Assembly (NCBI RefSeq): GCF_000981445.1
Contig: NC_027218.1
Span: 1,488,001-1,552,000 of the forward strand
Direction: 5' to 3'
Source: Babesia bigemina
Taxonomy: Eukaryota
DNA length: 64,000 bases
The notes under the pieces are model-generated. The model was not told where the DNA came from and searched no databases. It saw only the letters and a program-made list of their open reading frames with translations. The translations under genes were made by a program, and so were the position numbers. Below are positions 23,944 through 36,441 of this stretch, one piece after another (the first letter of the stretch is position 1; each line of letters opens with the position of its first letter).

Positions 23944-24469
23944 TGAACATTTTAGTTGCCGCCGATTTGGTGTTATTAACGTAAGTCTGATTTGTCAGGG
24001 AACGTAGATCCCATTTTATCGCTGTCGCGTAACCGTTTTGAGCGACGTTGTCTTAGGCTCAGCAGCAGCGGATTCCACACATATTTTGCCGTCTGAGCAC
24101 TGATGGCCAACAGAAAACATTAAGGGGTATAATAACGAAGCGGTGTGCTGCCATGACAGCACACGTACAGCGGCTTAACACACTGATTATGTGCCGTGAT
24201 GGACATCAGTAGCCACCAACGCGGATGTGTCACTACTTGCCGCTATATGTCGTACTTAACGAAGGTTGGATGAGGCAAAACAACATCCACAGCACAATGC
24301 AGTATCGCCGAAGTTGTCTGTGGTTGCAATGATGGCTAACAAGCCCTGTGGCCCACGGCAGATTGGCGATGCAAATGGCTTGGCGCATCATCGCTTTCCA
24401 GACACCTTACGCGACTTAAACCATTTTGGTAACCATAGTAGAGTATTTCTACACGTCGAAACGTTAAAA

Positions 24470-27091
24470 TTAGATATCGTTGACGATATACTTTACTGCG
24501 CTGCACTTTTCGCCATAGTGCTTGTAGATCCCATATGTTCTCATGTCGCTATCGAAGTCATTTTCTGCCACCAGCTGATGGTATCGTTCGTATTCACGCT
24601 GCAGCAGCTGTTCGAACGTGATGGGAGGCAGGGGGGCGCCGTTTTTTCGGCACAACAGTTTCGCCTTCTTTTCCTCACCAACCTCCACCTGCTCACTGAA
24701 CTTGCGCGCGAATGCTGCGTAGCCCAAGTGCCCTATTTCCTGGAGGTAGGCATGCAGTGTAGTTGGCCGGTTCGCCCTATGCGATACAATCCCCCCGGGT
24801 TTGAGCATTTGTTGCAGTGTCTTGCAGAACTCCTGGCCAAGCCTGGCGTCCTGAGCGCATGAAAGCTCCAAAATAGGAGGATCCAACGCCAAAGCGCCCT
24901 GTATCTGCAATACATGTAGAGCGTGCGGTGGATGCGTTCCGTACCTCCAGCACCGTGATCCCGTAGACCTGCAGCAGCACGGCCAACTTGGCGAGCCTGC
25001 TGACAACGCCGGCCTTCAGTGGCGCGAACGCCTCCCACAGCACATCAATCTCGCTGATGCTCCGCGCAACGTTCGGCCAAGCGACCGATTTATCGGGGGA
25101 CGACGTTAGGATGGTGCACAGTGCGGGGACAACCTGAACAGCGAAGCTGCTTGAGAACGCGGCTGTAATAAGTTTTGTACGTCAATATGGTGTTAGACTC
25201 ACTTGATGCTAACAATGAACCTCCACGGATCGCCTTGAGCACCGTTTCGCTCTTGGCCACCTTCTGCCCGTACGTGGTGCTGTAGAGCGACCCGGGCAGG
25301 ATGAACTTGAAAGCAGACTTGAGTTGCATCAGTTTGACGAAGGTGAGCGAGACTTGCATCCACCACGCGTTGTGCAGCACGTCTCCCTGTGCCATGATAT
25401 CAAACAGGGCGGCGGCGTTGAAGTGCGACCTTGCTCCGACCTTTGTGACGTTCTCTACGACGAGGTTACACAGCGTCTGCTCACCGATTGCTGCGGACAA
25501 GGCATCGGCCTTGTCCCGCAGCGATTGCGGCGTTGTTTTGGGGTCAAACAGCTCGCGCAAGAACGCAATGAGATCCTGGCTCCTGTCCTTGGCAAAGGCG
25601 TCCAGGTTGTGCGCGAGTTCGGGATTCCTGTTAGCAGGGTTAACAGCGCTCATGGTAGGAACCCACTTGATCATGAATTCTAACGCAGTGATGCAGCTTC
25701 GGATGTCGTTCTGGTGAAGCTTTATCAGGTCGTCGACCATCTGATCGTCGACGCGGTAACCCTCAAGTTTGGCGATATTGAGCAGGCGATCCCGAAGCGC
25801 CTCGCCGTCGCACGAGTCAACGACGATGACCTTCGAGATCTGCCTGAGCTCTCTGAGATTCTTGTTGTACAAGTCGTTACAAATGCACACGATTGGGCGC
25901 TTGATCATGTTCTTCTGGTTGAGGTCCTTCAAAGCCCCGATGAGCTGCCCCTCCGCAGCGTGGAGTCCGTCCACCTCCTCTAGCAGGCACAGGTTAGGTT
26001 TGTCCTTTGCGATGGCGTTGGCAGTGACAACGCCCTTGATTACGGGCAATATTTTGGCTTTGCTGCGATCTTCGCTGGCATTGATTTCCACGACGTCGAA
26101 ACCGCAGTGATGCGCCAGCACGTTCACGACTGTGGATTTACCGACGCCCGCTGGGCCTCCCAACAGCAGTATTTTGCGGTGATCCTCGTTTTCCATGCCC
26201 GCCTCTGATTGCAACATGCGCGAAGACAAGTTATCTACAAACCTGCGGTGCCACCCCCTCTATACGGTCGCTTGACGCCTCGTGTTGGCTGATACGGTTG
26301 TTTGTTTTGCGATCTTTCAGCAGAGTATAACCTGCTGCACTTCCATTGGCGCAGCCAATTGATCACCTGCGGTTTATGCACGTGGAAGTGCCAATCTCTA
26401 ACCTCGATGTTGACCGACTCCTCGGTAAGCAGGTCCGAGTAGTACCGAGGCTGGTACTTGAGGAGCCAGCTTTCGTTGGAGTTCGAAGCCCTCGCGCCGC
26501 GTTTCACCTTTCGCGCCAAAACGCGGGTCCCGTAGCCCTGTCGCGCGGGGGAGTGGTCGGGCCTCTCCAGGATGTTGCTGCAGCGTAGTTACCGTCCGAG
26601 CATCTGCGCTTACTTAAACATCTCGTCGATGGACTGCCCCAGCAGGTTCTCATCCCTCTCATGCGCCCCGGCAGCATCGGAATGCTGCTCCTTGTAGAAT
26701 CTCAAGTAGACAGGAGGGTTACCCAGCCGGTATCCCGAAGTCTTAAGAGCGAACTCGTCGCCGCGTCCAAGTAGCGCCGCCGACTTGAACACCTTCTGCT
26801 TGTCCAGCGCGCATGATTTGGCGTATAGCATGTCCTCCACGGCGTAGGTAGACGCGCCGCCGGCGCCTATGTTCCGCGCCAGGTCGACGACGCGCAGGCT
26901 GGAGAAGCCGTTGCTGACGCGGCTGTCTAGCGGGTACAGCTCGATCGGGGCTGGCTGCTGAACGAATTCGCGCGACCCATCGGTGGAAGTATTGGCCTGA
27001 ATTTCGTCGAGGATGTCGTCGACCAAGCCGTCACCTGCGCAACGTCACACATCTGGCGTTACTGCCGATTACCGTGCAAGAACTGGTCCAT
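24470..27091 (-). CDS. CTF18: Chromosome transmission fidelity factor 18 (RFC-like clamp loader large subunit), multi-exon
   Basis: WLLKYQPRYYSDLL, GPAGVGKST, EINASEDRS, RPIVCICNDLY, NDIRSCI, C-terminal SAVKY; first exon 27091-27073 with a 38-nt intron; some internal splice sites not fully resolved. Confidence 0.88.
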
Positions 27092-27109
27092 TGCGCTATT
27101 TGGTACGAT

Positions 27110-28447
27110 TTAATATGTGTTGTTGGTGGTAGGTGTGTCATCAGGGGGTGCTCGCCGTGTGTCGGGACCCTCTGCGGGCTTCGGCACAGGAGCCGGAGTC
27201 GGCTCCTTGCTGCGCGCAAATGCGCGGCCTATCAGCCTGAAGTTTGCCTTCGACCACCCGTCAAAGCCTTTATATATGCACGTCGGCTCTACATTGTCCT
27301 CGATGCCGAAGATGTTGTAGTAGAAGGCAAGTTTGTTCGCATGCCACACCTGGTCATCCGTGGTCTCCTTGAGGTGCCGCAGTCGGACGTATAGTTGGAT
27401 GCGCTCCTCGACCATCTCAAACCTCGAGAACGCCCTGCAGATGGCGGAGAAAAACGAATTGCCCAGCTTGATGCCCTTGCAAGTGCTGCGCCCTACCCTG
27501 GAGACGATCCGCAAGTGATGTACGTACAGGTGTAACGCCAAGAGAACCCCGAACATGACGTCGATGGTGTAGTGCGCTCTTGCAACGATGAGCATCACGT
27601 AGATGAGCATGACTATGATCACTACCGCTGTATTGAGGTGCCACATGTTGTTGTGCATCACGAACATCTCCATGAAGAGGGTGCTCCCGGCCGTGTGCCC
27701 CGATATGATGAGATCGGTGCAGGTGTCGGTTATCGAGAAGTATCCCTGGACGACGTGCGCTATCTGCGCCAGGAAGTTGGCATTTTGGTCGAACACCTTG
27801 CATTCTTGCGCTGGAGTGGGCACCACCGTGGCAGCGATGAATACGCCCCTCAGCAGGTACACCTGCGACATCAGCAACACGTACCGAATCACCATCTGAC
27901 ATCCGAACATCAGCGGGGCGCTGAAAAGGACCTTGCCACACACAAGAATGCACAGAACGGCTATGAGCACGTCAGCGCATCGAATGGATACCTGGGTGTT
28001 GCCGTACCACGACATGAATGCGACCTGCAGGTGGTCGTACAGAGGCGACATGTTGAAGCTGCGCTTCTGCCATTCATATAATGGAGGAGGATCAATGCTT
28101 GTCGTGTATTTAGTGTACACTCGGTCGCTGTTCCAGACGCATATCGCCTGGAAGATCAGCACCACGAAGAAAATGCACACCGCGTAAAAAAGCCGCCACA
28201 TCATCCCTCTTACAACGGACTGGCATTCCTTGATAACGCTCTCGACGTACGCTTCGTCGACGCTCTCTAAGTCAAGGCACTTGTCATTTCTGTAATTACT
28301 CCGGCTGCTGTTTACGGACTCGCTCCCGGAGGACTCCGGCGCCAAGGGTAAGGGTGACGCCCATGCAACGCTGTCATCCTCCTTTTGACTCGTGCATCGC
28401 GACAACGGCGAGCCCACCACGGATCCACTATCCCCACTTACATACAT
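27110..28447 (-). CDS. Sphingomyelin/IPC synthase-like sphingolipid synthase (PAP2_C superfamily)
   Basis: CTDLIISGHT and ARAHYTIDV catalytic motifs; PLYD motif; about 6 TM segments. Confidence 0.88.
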   Translation of the reverse strand: MYVSGDSGSVVGSPLSRCTSQKEDDSVAWASPLPLAPESSGSESVNSSRSNYRNDKCLDLESVDEAYVESVIKECQSVVRGMMWRLFYAVCIFFVVLIFQAICVWNSDRVYTKYTTSIDPPPLYEWQKRSFNMSPLYDHLQVAFMSWYGNTQVSIRCADVLIAVLCILVCGKVLFSAPLMFGCQMVIRYVLLMSQVYLLRGVFIAATVVPTPAQECKVFDQNANFLAQIAHVVQGYFSITDTCTDLIISGHTAGSTLFMEMFVMHNNMWHLNTAVVIIVMLIYVMLIVARAHYTIDVMFGVLLALHLYVHHLRIVSRVGRSTCKGIKLGNSFFSAICRAFSRFEMVEERIQLYVRLRHLKETTDDQVWHANKLAFYYNIFGIEDNVEPTCIYKGFDGWSKANFRLIGRAFARSKEPTPAPVPKPAEGPDTRRAPPDDTPTTNNTY

Positions 28448-29613
28448 CGTGGCTAGACTGGTGCTGGATTCCGCCTGTAGATGATCGTAATCGGCTGTGT
28501 TGCACCGTCAAGGGCAGCCAGGCATGAAGCAGTGTCTTTTCAGAATCCCCCTTTACACATCACCAGATTTACTTCTGCCTTGCACTCAGCGTATACATAT
28601 GAGTCAAAACACCGCGTTTAGTTTGATGGTAACGCCGGACTGTTAGGCTCAAATGGCATTTCACGAGAGGGTGCGACCAGCCACTCCAACAACTCACACC
28701 AATTGCTGGAGGTGCATGACTGCAGTCGGCTTGTTAGATCTGAATTAGAAATTACGATGTAGCTACGGCACTGCGAGTCAGTTTAAACACCTCAACGCAG
28801 TTAACTTGGACCAGTTGCGACGTCTGTCTAGTTGGATCCTACGTATATACCTTAATCGCTGCGCTAACGCACATCGGCATTAGCTGCAATTCATGGGTAT
28901 ACAGTCGATCGAGACGTTACGTTTCGGGCAATTCCTAATTGCAGAGGCACAGGTCCACAGCATCACTTGATGCAGGCTGTGTACCGCGTAGACCGGCCAT
29001 GACAAAAATTGCTGGTAAATTTGCGTCCAGTTAGCAAATGTGTAAGCTGCCAAAGCGCTGCCTGTACTGTATATCAAACTTCGCCCGCGAAAATTCCCTA
29101 TATAGGGCTCACGCCCCGGAGACCCTTCCAAGCGGTCTGCTGCCCTCCACGTTGCGCTACAGGCACATAAGGCCAGATGCTGCCGTGTGCCTACACTAGC
29201 TGGCACTAAGCGATAGAAGTTCACTTCGGCAGCATACGCTGGCAAATCGAAAATTCCTGGCAGAATCGTAGCCACGGTACGAATGTGCACATCAGCGCAT
29301 GAATATTTTGCAACAGATCATACGGCTTCTTTGCGGCAACAAGCCTTCTGTAGCGCTAGTTGCTGTTATTGGGCGGCATTAGGTCTTTGGGCGCCGGGTC
29401 GGCGTTGTTTTAAAAAGCGCTGCGGCGCTACACTGGCCACCCATATTCGTAGAAGGCGGCACCCGCAACCACTCCTTTATCACGCTGATGTGATAATTTG
29501 CGACATAATACGTGAATAGTTATTGGAAGGTCGGCTTGGAGCAGGTTTGCGGTTTCCCCACTGGGCGCTTACCGCGAGTCGGCTAGACATTACGATATTT
29601 TCCCGGCGAGGCG

Positions 29614-30957
29614 ATGGGATCGCAATTTGAGTGGCGCGTAGAGCGCGTAGACTCGGATGAGTTTAGGTCATCCCGAACGGACATCTCAGATCGCCTGGAC
29701 TCCGGCGAATTCTCCTCCGCCGTCACGGTGCGCGCTGGTAGCGATGAGTACACATTAACCACGGCGCGGCCTACGCTATCCGAAAGCTACTCGTCGCTAC
29801 CTCCCGATGGGTCTGTCTCAGATCTTCGTTCAGAGTCGATTTCTTCCCGTAAGTATGCCAAGAGCGAGGACTCAGACAGCTCGGTGGTGGATCATGACAT
29901 CGCAATGCCCGGCCAACCGCCTGCCTTCTTCGACGGGAGCAGGCGGCGCCAGCCTCCCAGTAAGATAATTATAACGCTAGGCGTCCGTGACGTGCTTGGG
30001 TACCCGGTCCTGCGGCTGTCGCGGTACGTAGCTGTAATGCAGCACAAGAAGTCGGTGGTCGACCACAGCGCTTCGTCAAACGGCGTTTACCGGAATCTGT
30101 TCTACATAAGCAGCTGGTTTGCGTTCACTTCGCCGACGGGCTTCACTTTAACAGCTGAATTGGTGAAGTCGGTCTGGCGCCGCCATGGTATTTGGGGTTT
30201 CTTCCATGGTTTCCCGGCTTACGCGTGCCACAAATTGCTGTGCGATCTGGCGACCTTCATCGTTCCACGTTACATCGCCCCGCAGTTGGAAGCTGGAGCT
30301 CTAGGAGCCTACAAAAGCGTCTTCACGTTCGGCCACGGCTCGCTGTCGCATCTGCGCGATCGGTATGCTGGAGTTTGGCGAAGTTCGTCGGTGGAAAGCG
30401 GCTACGAGTCCGACAACTCGCAGCCGTCCACTTGGAATATGAACCCCATTACCGGTTTTCTGAGTCGCAACATAGAGTTCGATGCGTACGAATTCTCTCA
30501 GCATGCTCTTGTAGAGTTGCTCACGTACCCCATGCTGACCGTTTCTTCGCGTGCGATGATATACGACGTGGCCGCCCCAATGAATTCGATCTCGCTTGTT
30601 AAGGACTCAATAGCACACGAAGGCGCGTTGTCGCTGTACCGCGGTTTCTTTTGGAGGCTGTTGGCGCTTTTGTTGGAGGACATGCAAAAGCATAGCGCTG
30701 GGAAGCCACGCCCGTTCGACGTCATTGCGGACGACAGTCGCACCGATCTGGATAATATAGTGCCCGTATTCCTTACGTTTGGTTCGTCAATTTGCCACCA
30801 GATGTCTTTGGTAGAGCGGTGCATGTCTTCAGTGGACGGGTTTTGCGTTGAGGCCTCCACTGCGAGCACGTTATCAAAGTTCCCGTGGGCCAACATAACG
30901 GTCCAGATGGCACTCACTTTCTGCTTGCTCAATCTCAGAGACCGGCTAGTAGATTAA
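29614..30957 (+). CDS. Divergent mitochondrial carrier-like protein
   Basis: Degenerate carrier motifs GYPVLR, HGIWGFFHG, TYPMLTVSSR, EGALSLYRG; Ser-rich N-terminal extension. Confidence 0.6.
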   Translation: MGSQFEWRVERVDSDEFRSSRTDISDRLDSGEFSSAVTVRAGSDEYTLTTARPTLSESYSSLPPDGSVSDLRSESISSRKYAKSEDSDSSVVDHDIAMPGQPPAFFDGSRRRQPPSKIIITLGVRDVLGYPVLRLSRYVAVMQHKKSVVDHSASSNGVYRNLFYISSWFAFTSPTGFTLTAELVKSVWRRHGIWGFFHGFPAYACHKLLCDLATFIVPRYIAPQLEAGALGAYKSVFTFGHGSLSHLRDRYAGVWRSSSVESGYESDNSQPSTWNMNPITGFLSRNIEFDAYEFSQHALVELLTYPMLTVSSRAMIYDVAAPMNSISLVKDSIAHEGALSLYRGFFWRLLALLLEDMQKHSAGKPRPFDVIADDSRTDLDNIVPVFLTFGSSICHQMSLVERCMSSVDGFCVEASTASTLSKFPWANITVQMALTFCLLNLRDRLVD

Positions 30958-31968
30958 AGGCTTATCTGAGATAGTGTCTCATTTATACGGAGCTTGTTGA
31001 GCACGTCAGTGTCTCCTGCCGGGTTACGGTATATTGTGAGGCTTATTGGCGGCACACGGCACGAACGTTTTATGGAATCCGGCCCATTTCCAGCATATTA
31101 GCCAGAAGTTATACTTTCTTAGTACGGGTGGATACCGTTGAATGGAGTTGGGGTATGTTGCAGTTGGAGCTCTAACTCCAGCTGCAGCCGCGCCTGGGTG
31201 GCCGCGGAAAAGCTGTTGCCCTGATGGCTGGATTTCACACCAGAGCTCTTGCATCGCATAGTATCGTTACTTAAAGCGTTTGTTAGCTGGGAGCACGCAC
31301 ATAGGGCGGATATTGCAGAAGGTGATTCATTACAACGTAATACCTTCATGCTGTGGACGGGGTTCGTCAGTTCTTCTCTACCACATCTACGGATACGCCC
31401 ATCTGCAAGTAGTTCCTTAAAGTGGACATTGTTCGGGTTGTATGTGGTTTTCGGCTGGGAGCGTCACTAATGTATTGAACTGATTAGAATGCCGATTGAC
31501 AGACCATAGGCACTCCTTTATAGCAAGTTTCGCATTGATCGCAACATCAGGGCTAAAAAATACATGTAATTGCTACGCCATGCTCACAGTGAAGCGTACT
31601 GATGTGTTTCCGACTACAGCCGTTTCAACTGGAGCAACGTCGCAGGCGTGTCGGCGGTGAAGCTGAACTGTGGTACTGGAGACATCCTCTGCAGGAAACT
31701 AACGGGAAACAGTACACACGTTTGTTGGTAAAACAGCATACGCAATAATCGTGCAATTCCGTCGGAGAGGAGGACGGACTGGACGCGCGCTGTCGCTATG
31801 GTAATGTGCACCGGTGGCCCTCCGCGCCAAAGAGACTCGTCGCCACGCCATTCTAACGTGAAAAAGTAGCCATGCATTTCACATTGCCGACAACAACCTA
31901 GAGATACAATCCCTGGGTCAATTACAGTGGCAATCGTGCTTTACGACCACCGAGTACTGCATACAACG

Positions 31969-32568
31969 ATGGACGGCAGAAGCCGGACGGGTTACACCAC
32001 CTGCCTTATGGCTCCCAACCAGGGCTACACATCAGGGTACAACGCTTACGGAGCAAACTGCGTGACCACGATCCCCAAACAGCAAGACGGCTACGTGATA
32101 CCTGCCGATTACCGCTTTTCCGAAGGCTACTCTATGGACTATTACAACTTTAACAAGGGAGGCGCCCTGCAGAGCACTTTGGAGTGCGACCCGGCGCTTT
32201 ACAAGGACTTCCAGTACCCCGTCGCCGATAACAGCGGGTACACGTATCCGGCTCCAGAGCAGATGTACAGGGACTACCCCTACACCGGGGAGGAATACAA
32301 CCGTTACATGGAGGTGCTGGGAACCGAACAGGTGCCGCAGGTACGTTATGGCGAATCAGAACTAAAAACAATACAGTTAGTCAACGACGCGCCGCAGCTC
32401 ACAACTGAATTCTTCGCATCAAACGCCGCATTCCAGCGCATTCCGCTCTATCCGTCACGCACAGTGTTCCGACGCCGTCGCCAGGGCGACCCAATCAACG
32501 AATGGAGCAACGCCTTCATCAACGAGGAAGATGACCTTTGTGACGCTACGCAGTGCTGCACCGGCTAA
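31969..32568 (+). CDS. Hypothetical Tyr-rich protein with C-terminal cysteines (possible lipidation; IMC-like)
   Basis: First ATG at 31969; RIPLYPSR motif, basic patch, ends CDATQCCTG. Confidence 0.7.
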   Translation: MDGRSRTGYTTCLMAPNQGYTSGYNAYGANCVTTIPKQQDGYVIPADYRFSEGYSMDYYNFNKGGALQSTLECDPALYKDFQYPVADNSGYTYPAPEQMYRDYPYTGEEYNRYMEVLGTEQVPQVRYGESELKTIQLVNDAPQLTTEFFASNAAFQRIPLYPSRTVFRRRRQGDPINEWSNAFINEEDDLCDATQCCTG

Positions 32569-32948
32569 GCCCCGACCTGTTTCATAATGTAGTACAGTAT
32601 GCATACACGACATCTATGAGGCTTTGGTTGCGCAACCTGGCTGATATGTTGAGCTTCCTGCCGCTCTTGTGGCAATGGCGTTTGCGGCCCCTGCGAGGTG
32701 GGTCCGGCTGAGCACTATCCCAAGACACACCACGCAGCGTGTGATGCGACTTACACCGCACAAATACAAAAGTGGCACTTGTTATTGGAACTGGGTGGCC
32801 GCCATCCCTTTATGCGGGATGTGTGTAAGCGCGGCCTACACATCGGATCCCCACCCGCGACGTTGATGTCGTTTTGCCGACGCGCCGGGAATCCTAATCG
32901 CTACGATGACCTGTGCCGCGAGAAGGTCAACAACAACGCCTTAAAACA

Positions 32949-35900
32949 ATGAGATGCGGGCTGTTACCGCTTTTTCTCTGGTGTGTCGCGCTGCGGCCTA
33001 CACATCTCGCGGAGTCGGCCTTCACCTTCTACGAGGACCCCGCCAGTGGCGACAAGGAGCCTAAAACAAGCGAATCAGGCCAGCCATCGGGAGATACGGA
33101 CTCTAATGGCGTTAGACAGGCGATTCCACCAACTTCGTCTCCTGACGGAAGACCTTCGGGTGTGCCGAAGCCATCGAGAGAGGCAACCACCGACGAAGGA
33201 ACTCCCAATGATTCAAGCGATCAGTATGGGTCATACAAGGATGATGGCACGGGCAGCAACGAGCGGGTGGTGCAGTTGCCGGGCTCGGACTCTGTTTCCG
33301 CAGACGGCAACCAGGAGGACGACAGCGACATCATGTACTACCTGACGCAGTACCGGGCGCGACCACGGCGCACGGTCGAAGGCAACCTCTGCGCAGCCGC
33401 GTTCCTGGAGAAGAACCAAATCTACACGGACTGCACGCGCGAAGTGGCGCCCGATGGCACCCAGGACCGCGAGTGGTGTTACCACGAATCGCAGCTGACC
33501 GGCAAGCTTGAGCGCGACTGGGGCTTCTGTGTCCCGCCCCCGAATTACGAGCGGATCCGCTCGGCTGTAATCGGGCGTATCCGGGAGAAGGCTGAGCAGG
33601 CTGGCGAAATGAAGCATGCGCTTACGAAGCATCGCGCCCTCCTGCTGACCATGGAGCGCCGTATAATGTCATTCTGTGGCGTGGGTCACAAGGGGTTCGA
33701 ACGATCACTAACGAGGTTGGAGGAAGTGCTGAATGGCGCAGAGGATACGTTAAAGTCGATGCGGTCGCTGTCGAACGACGTGGTTGCGATCAAGGAGGAA
33801 CTCAAGCGTGAACAGTGCCGCTACCACAAGATACAGCAGCAGCTGCCTCACGACGCATCGAGCCAGGTCAGCGACGGCCTGGTTGGCACATACTTCCCCG
33901 GTCACCTGTTGGAATTTCCCGCTTACAGCACCCGCGTCGACAGGGAATTGAACTTCGTCTTCTCCGACTTCATGCCAGTCGTTGGCCTGAACCCACACCG
34001 GTTTTCCGTCGTCTGGCGAGGGTACGTGCGGGCGCCGCATTCCGGCAACTTTGTGTTCTCGATAGAAACCCAGTCGTACGTGCGCATGGAGCTGGACGGG
34101 GTGGAGATCATCAACAACGGCCTGGTCCGCCAGGGCGACGCCGACTCGGGATACCGCTACTCAATCGACACCATGATGCAGGGTGCCACGCTAACATCGC
34201 AGTCACAGCAGCTGGTTGGCGGCCAGTTCTACCGCGTACAGGTCGAGTTCAGCAACTCGCAGCAGTACCATTACCGTGCGGGCGAGGCGGTGGTGAAGCT
34301 GGAGTGGTCGTCGCTACGGCTTCCGAAGGAGGTGATCAAAGACTACCTCTACACGAAAATTGTGCCGCAACGTCTGGCCATAAGCTATTTGCCGCACGGG
34401 CACTTCGTTGTGGAAAACGCTGCCAACGGTGCTCTGGCATTTCTGGACGATGAGGCTGCCTTCCTCAGCGACTTGTCGAACGACCTGGTGGACTCCTATC
34501 TGGTGCGTACAGTTCGGTCACCCCGCTTCGGGCGTTTCATGATGCAGGTGAATGTCACGTGCGCCTTGTTCCTGGCGTACGCCCACGATGTGGTCCCCCT
34601 GAGCGCGGTGACGGAGGATGCGCTGCAGTTCGGGGACAGCAGGGGCTCATTCGTACAACTGGTGGATAGAGACGGCAGCGCAAAGCCGCTTAGGGTGAAG
34701 CGTGCGATACTGCAGCGCAAGCATACGTACACGTTCCACGTCGAGGTACGCGAGACGCCGTTTTTCATGTTCCTGTCCGCAAGTGCTGAAGAGCCATCTC
34801 AGGGAGAGGGCCCGGTCACGGTTCTGTCGCTGCCCGACTCCGAGTTCTTTTTGAACTGCTTGCAATCGTCCAGCGTCGGCGATGGGTTTGATTGTAGCGC
34901 GGGGCTCTCCGGTAAGCTACTGGACAAGAAGCACGCCATCTGGCGCCCAACTGAAGGTGCCGGGTCATGGCTCAAGGTGCTCTTCCGGCGCCCCGTACTT
35001 CTGTCAGCGTTTCAGCTGAAACAGAGCGACGACCCCTCTCGGTGGATTCGCCGACTGTCGCTGGAGTTTGGCGACCGTTCGGAGTTTTTCGAGATTTTGC
35101 ATTCCAACGACCCCCGCTCGAGCCTCTACCACCTCAGCGAGCCCAGGGCAGTGAGCTCGGTGCTGCTGCGGGTCGACGACCTCTACACAAGCTCGCAGGC
35201 GACGTCACTGGCCGTCAACTTCCTCGGCCAGAGGCTCGTCGAGGAGTCGCCGGGGCTGCGCCGCATTTTCATGAACTGCACTGACACGCTCGAAAGCAAC
35301 GTGGAGGTACAGCCGCTGTCTGAGGGGCATTCGTATGAGCTAGTGTGCAGTAGGAAGTGCTTCGACTTGACCACCGCCCTTAAGGCGACCGAGGTGCTCG
35401 ACATAAAGACACCGCCATGTGGCGCTCTCCAGATCGACCTCTGCAATCACGGCGGGGACTCCTCGGCATGCCACGCGGCATTAACGATAGTGCGCGCCCC
35501 CGGTTCAGAAAACGCTCTAGGATTCGTGCTATCGCGGTTGAACCGGGGCATGCGCGACGTACCGTTCAACGTCGCCATCCTGTTCAAGTCGGCGCCGAAC
35601 CGGCTGCCGCAGCAGAGCTTCCTGATCGACAACGGCTCGCTCAAGGGACCTATTGACGCCTCCTACGTGCATCAGGTTGGCGGCAACCCCAGGATGGGAG
35701 AGGTGTCGTACGGATGGCTGAGGCCGAATGTGTCGGAAGGCACGTCGCTGGGCGTTGCGTTCCCGCTGCCGGGTGAATCGCAGCGCTGCATACAAACACG
35801 CGGGTGCCAGCCCAACTTTTGGTCGATCGACCTGCCCCGCAACGGCCGCTACAAGGTAGAGCTGGTGGTGGGCGACTCCACCGTCCCGGAGCCAAGCGCC

Positions 35901-36143
35901 GAGTTGGACGCATACGCGCTATTCTCACCCGACGCCGCAGCACCCTCGTCGCAGTGGCTGTCGGTGGAGTTGAACGGAGAAGTGCTCTTGGGGTGCGTCG
36001 AGGTGGCAGCGGGTTCGCTGTACACGGTTGTAAAGGAGGTGGAGGTGCGCAACAACTTGCTGAAGGTCACCTCCACCAGCAGCAACTACAGCTGCGCAGG
36101 ACATCACACACGCCTGCAGTTCGTCAAAGTGACCGAGCTGTGA
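32949..36143 (+). CDS. LCCL/CCp family adhesive protein, CCp5(LAP3)/FNPA-like
   Basis: Signal peptide; FN2-like C..AF....YTDCT...PDG...EWCY...WGFC; PA14-like GLVGTYF/FSVVWRGY/APHSGNF; discoidin-like segment; degenerate LCCL-like Cys region. Confidence 0.82.
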   Translation: MRCGLLPLFLWCVALRPTHLAESAFTFYEDPASGDKEPKTSESGQPSGDTDSNGVRQAIPPTSSPDGRPSGVPKPSREATTDEGTPNDSSDQYGSYKDDGTGSNERVVQLPGSDSVSADGNQEDDSDIMYYLTQYRARPRRTVEGNLCAAAFLEKNQIYTDCTREVAPDGTQDREWCYHESQLTGKLERDWGFCVPPPNYERIRSAVIGRIREKAEQAGEMKHALTKHRALLLTMERRIMSFCGVGHKGFERSLTRLEEVLNGAEDTLKSMRSLSNDVVAIKEELKREQCRYHKIQQQLPHDASSQVSDGLVGTYFPGHLLEFPAYSTRVDRELNFVFSDFMPVVGLNPHRFSVVWRGYVRAPHSGNFVFSIETQSYVRMELDGVEIINNGLVRQGDADSGYRYSIDTMMQGATLTSQSQQLVGGQFYRVQVEFSNSQQYHYRAGEAVVKLEWSSLRLPKEVIKDYLYTKIVPQRLAISYLPHGHFVVENAANGALAFLDDEAAFLSDLSNDLVDSYLVRTVRSPRFGRFMMQVNVTCALFLAYAHDVVPLSAVTEDALQFGDSRGSFVQLVDRDGSAKPLRVKRAILQRKHTYTFHVEVRETPFFMFLSASAEEPSQGEGPVTVLSLPDSEFFLNCLQSSSVGDGFDCSAGLSGKLLDKKHAIWRPTEGAGSWLKVLFRRPVLLSAFQLKQSDDPSRWIRRLSLEFGDRSEFFEILHSNDPRSSLYHLSEPRAVSSVLLRVDDLYTSSQATSLAVNFLGQRLVEESPGLRRIFMNCTDTLESNVEVQPLSEGHSYELVCSRKCFDLTTALKATEVLDIKTPPCGALQIDLCNHGGDSSACHAALTIVRAPGSENALGFVLSRLNRGMRDVPFNVAILFKSAPNRLPQQSFLIDNGSLKGPIDASYVHQVGGNPRMGEVSYGWLRPNVSEGTSLGVAFPLPGESQRCIQTRGCQPNFWSIDLPRNGRYKVELVVGDSTVPEPSAELDAYALFSPDAAAPSSQWLSVELNGEVLLGCVEVAAGSLYTVVKEVEVRNNLLKVTSTSSNYSCAGHHTRLQFVKVTEL

Positions 36144-36441
36144 GACTCTCATAATGCTAGTTTTGTTTTGCTGGTTTTGTGTGTGGCCACTGTAGCGCTG
36201 AGCAGCCTTCTATAGGGGCGCCTGGTGAGCCTTCCACACGCACCGGTCAAGTTATCCCTACATACACATTTTCAAAGCAACAATAGGCTCTCGTATGTGC
36301 TGAAAAACGTGCTCCGGGCGCCACAGCAGCGTATCGCAACGACATTGAACGCGACCCCTTAGCAGTCGTACTGCTCGCAATATCTCTACACCCGCGCTCT
36401 CTAGGCGTGAGCTATCGCAATAATCCGGTTTATAGGTTAAT

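Noticed and set aside
31024..31877. Short ORFs and possible splice signals between the carrier-like gene and 31969
   Set aside because: Could not build a consistent spliced frame or recognise a motif
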